Part shown: positions 63,462-64,000 of the stretch, in pieces
How positions within the stretch are numbered: the stretch's first letter is position 1
Layout: each line of letters starts with the position of its first letter
Source of the DNA: Candidatus Omnitrophota bacterium
GTDB lineage: Bacteria > Omnitrophota > Gorgyraeia > Gygaellales > UBA12090
Length of the DNA stretch: 64,000 nt
Assembly (NCBI GenBank): GCA_030674475.1
Contig: JAUSCZ010000035.1
Coordinates: 74,682 to 138,681 of the forward strand
Direction: 5' to 3'
Notes under the pieces: generated by a model
What the model was told of the DNA's origin: nothing
The model's input: only the letters and a program-made list of their open reading frames with translations
Databases searched by the model: none
Program-made: the position numbers and the translations under genes

Positions 63462-63968
63462 TTATTCTGTAAGACAACATTTTAACTCTATAGCGTGGGT
63501 ATCACCCCCGCAACCCTGGCCTGTTCTAATTGCAGTCACCACTGTGTCTGCTGGACAACTTATTTGCCTACCGCCTCCGGTCAAACACATTGGACCAGTC
63601 CAGGTACAGGAAGAGCTTAGTATTCCTGCTCTACTTGCCCATCTAGCATTACCACTCCTTGGTGTTTTTAAATAAATGTCGTCTACCGCCGCATATCCTC
63701 CTACATCAAATTTTGCTTCTTTACCATCATAACTCCCGGGATTTGTTATTCCAATACCAACATCACCGTCTCGTTCTACGACTAACCTATTCTCGCTGTT
63801 GGTTAAATCTCGGACTACAAACCTGCCCGGCAACGCATCAGCTGTCCCTCCTACCCTCACGCTGTAGCTATGATTGTCTGACTCAAGCCGCACAGCAACT
63901 CCCCGATTACCTGCATTATAGATGCTCGCCGCGGTAGAGGCAGCATTATCTGTTCTCTGTATATCCAA
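63462..63968 (-). CDS. hypothetical protein with glycine-rich N-terminal region and cysteine-rich C-terminus; locally higher GC
   Basis: ORF only; sits at the window edge next to the transposase. Confidence 0.3.
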   Translation of the reverse strand: MDIQRTDNAASTAASIYNAGNRGVAVRLESDNHSYSVRVGGTADALPGRFVVRDLTNSENRLVVERDGDVGIGITNPGSYDGKEAKFDVGGYAAVDDIYLKTPRSGNARWASRAGILSSSCTWTGPMCLTGGGRQISCPADTVVTAIRTGQGCGGDTHAIELKCCLTE

Positions 63969-64000
63969 AGCGTATACAGGATCAGTATTTCCTATCCCCA

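Overview
This 64 kb window comes from a low-GC, probably anaerobic bacterium. About three quarters of the genes are on the minus strand, and most are packed into operons. The main blocks are listed below in coordinate order.

- 1-6 kb: isoprenoid and redox genes: two polyprenyl synthetases, greA, trxB, a bacterioferritin-like protein, an unannotated 52-aa rubredoxin, and a radical SAM/SPASM protein.
- 6.0-11.6 kb: an Rnf-type ion-translocating complex in the order rnfC-D-G-E-A. The last gene is an NqrF-like 2Fe-2S/FAD/NAD reductase where RnfB would normally sit.
- 11.8-18.9 kb: a MiaB-family methylthiotransferase, rsmE, a membrane-anchored spermidine-synthase-like protein, and an AmmeMemoRadiSam system (a Memo-AMMECR1 fusion plus its radical SAM enzyme).
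- 19.0-28.3 kb: a type IV pilus / T2SS-like locus with several pilins, pilC, pilB, the pilQ secretin, pilP, pilO and pilM, plus a tRNA-Ala(CGC).
- 28.3-30.3 kb: an accessory island: an excisionase-like HTH gene with 61-bp tandem repeats and two VapBC modules that share a conserved 3' flank.
- 30.5-35.5 kb: a second minor-pilin operon that includes a 578-aa cysteine-rich secreted protein.
- 35.5-45.5 kb: a roughly 600-nt structured non-coding stretch, an MNT-HEPN fusion, exbB/exbD, an 813-aa TPR protein, uvrA and a GT2 glycosyltransferase.
- 45.5-60.4 kb: a lysine/arginine biosynthesis super-operon: NadX-like, a folK-panC fusion, dapL, dapB, dapA, dapF, a frameshifted lysA, and argH-G-F-D-B-J-C.
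- 60.6-64.0 kb: rpsI-rplM, a small nucleotidyltransferase pair, and a RAYT/IS200-like tyrosine transposase with inverted flanks.

The most unusual layer is a dense population of short repeat elements. The main families are:
- Two families of 53-60-nt elements inserted in-frame inside unrelated CDSs, resembling Rickettsia RPEs.
- A 38-nt anti-SD/SD hairpin module sitting directly upstream of at least four start codons.
- A 28-nt perfect REP-like palindrome, GTAGGGGCGGGTTCGAACCCGCCCCTAC.
- Heptamer (CCAGAGG / CTGGTTn) tandem repeats, both in 5' UTRs and inside CDSs.
- An A/T-rich ~225-nt element with ~40-nt terminal inverted repeats.

All calls come from reading the sequence and ORF translations by eye. 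No database searches were run.
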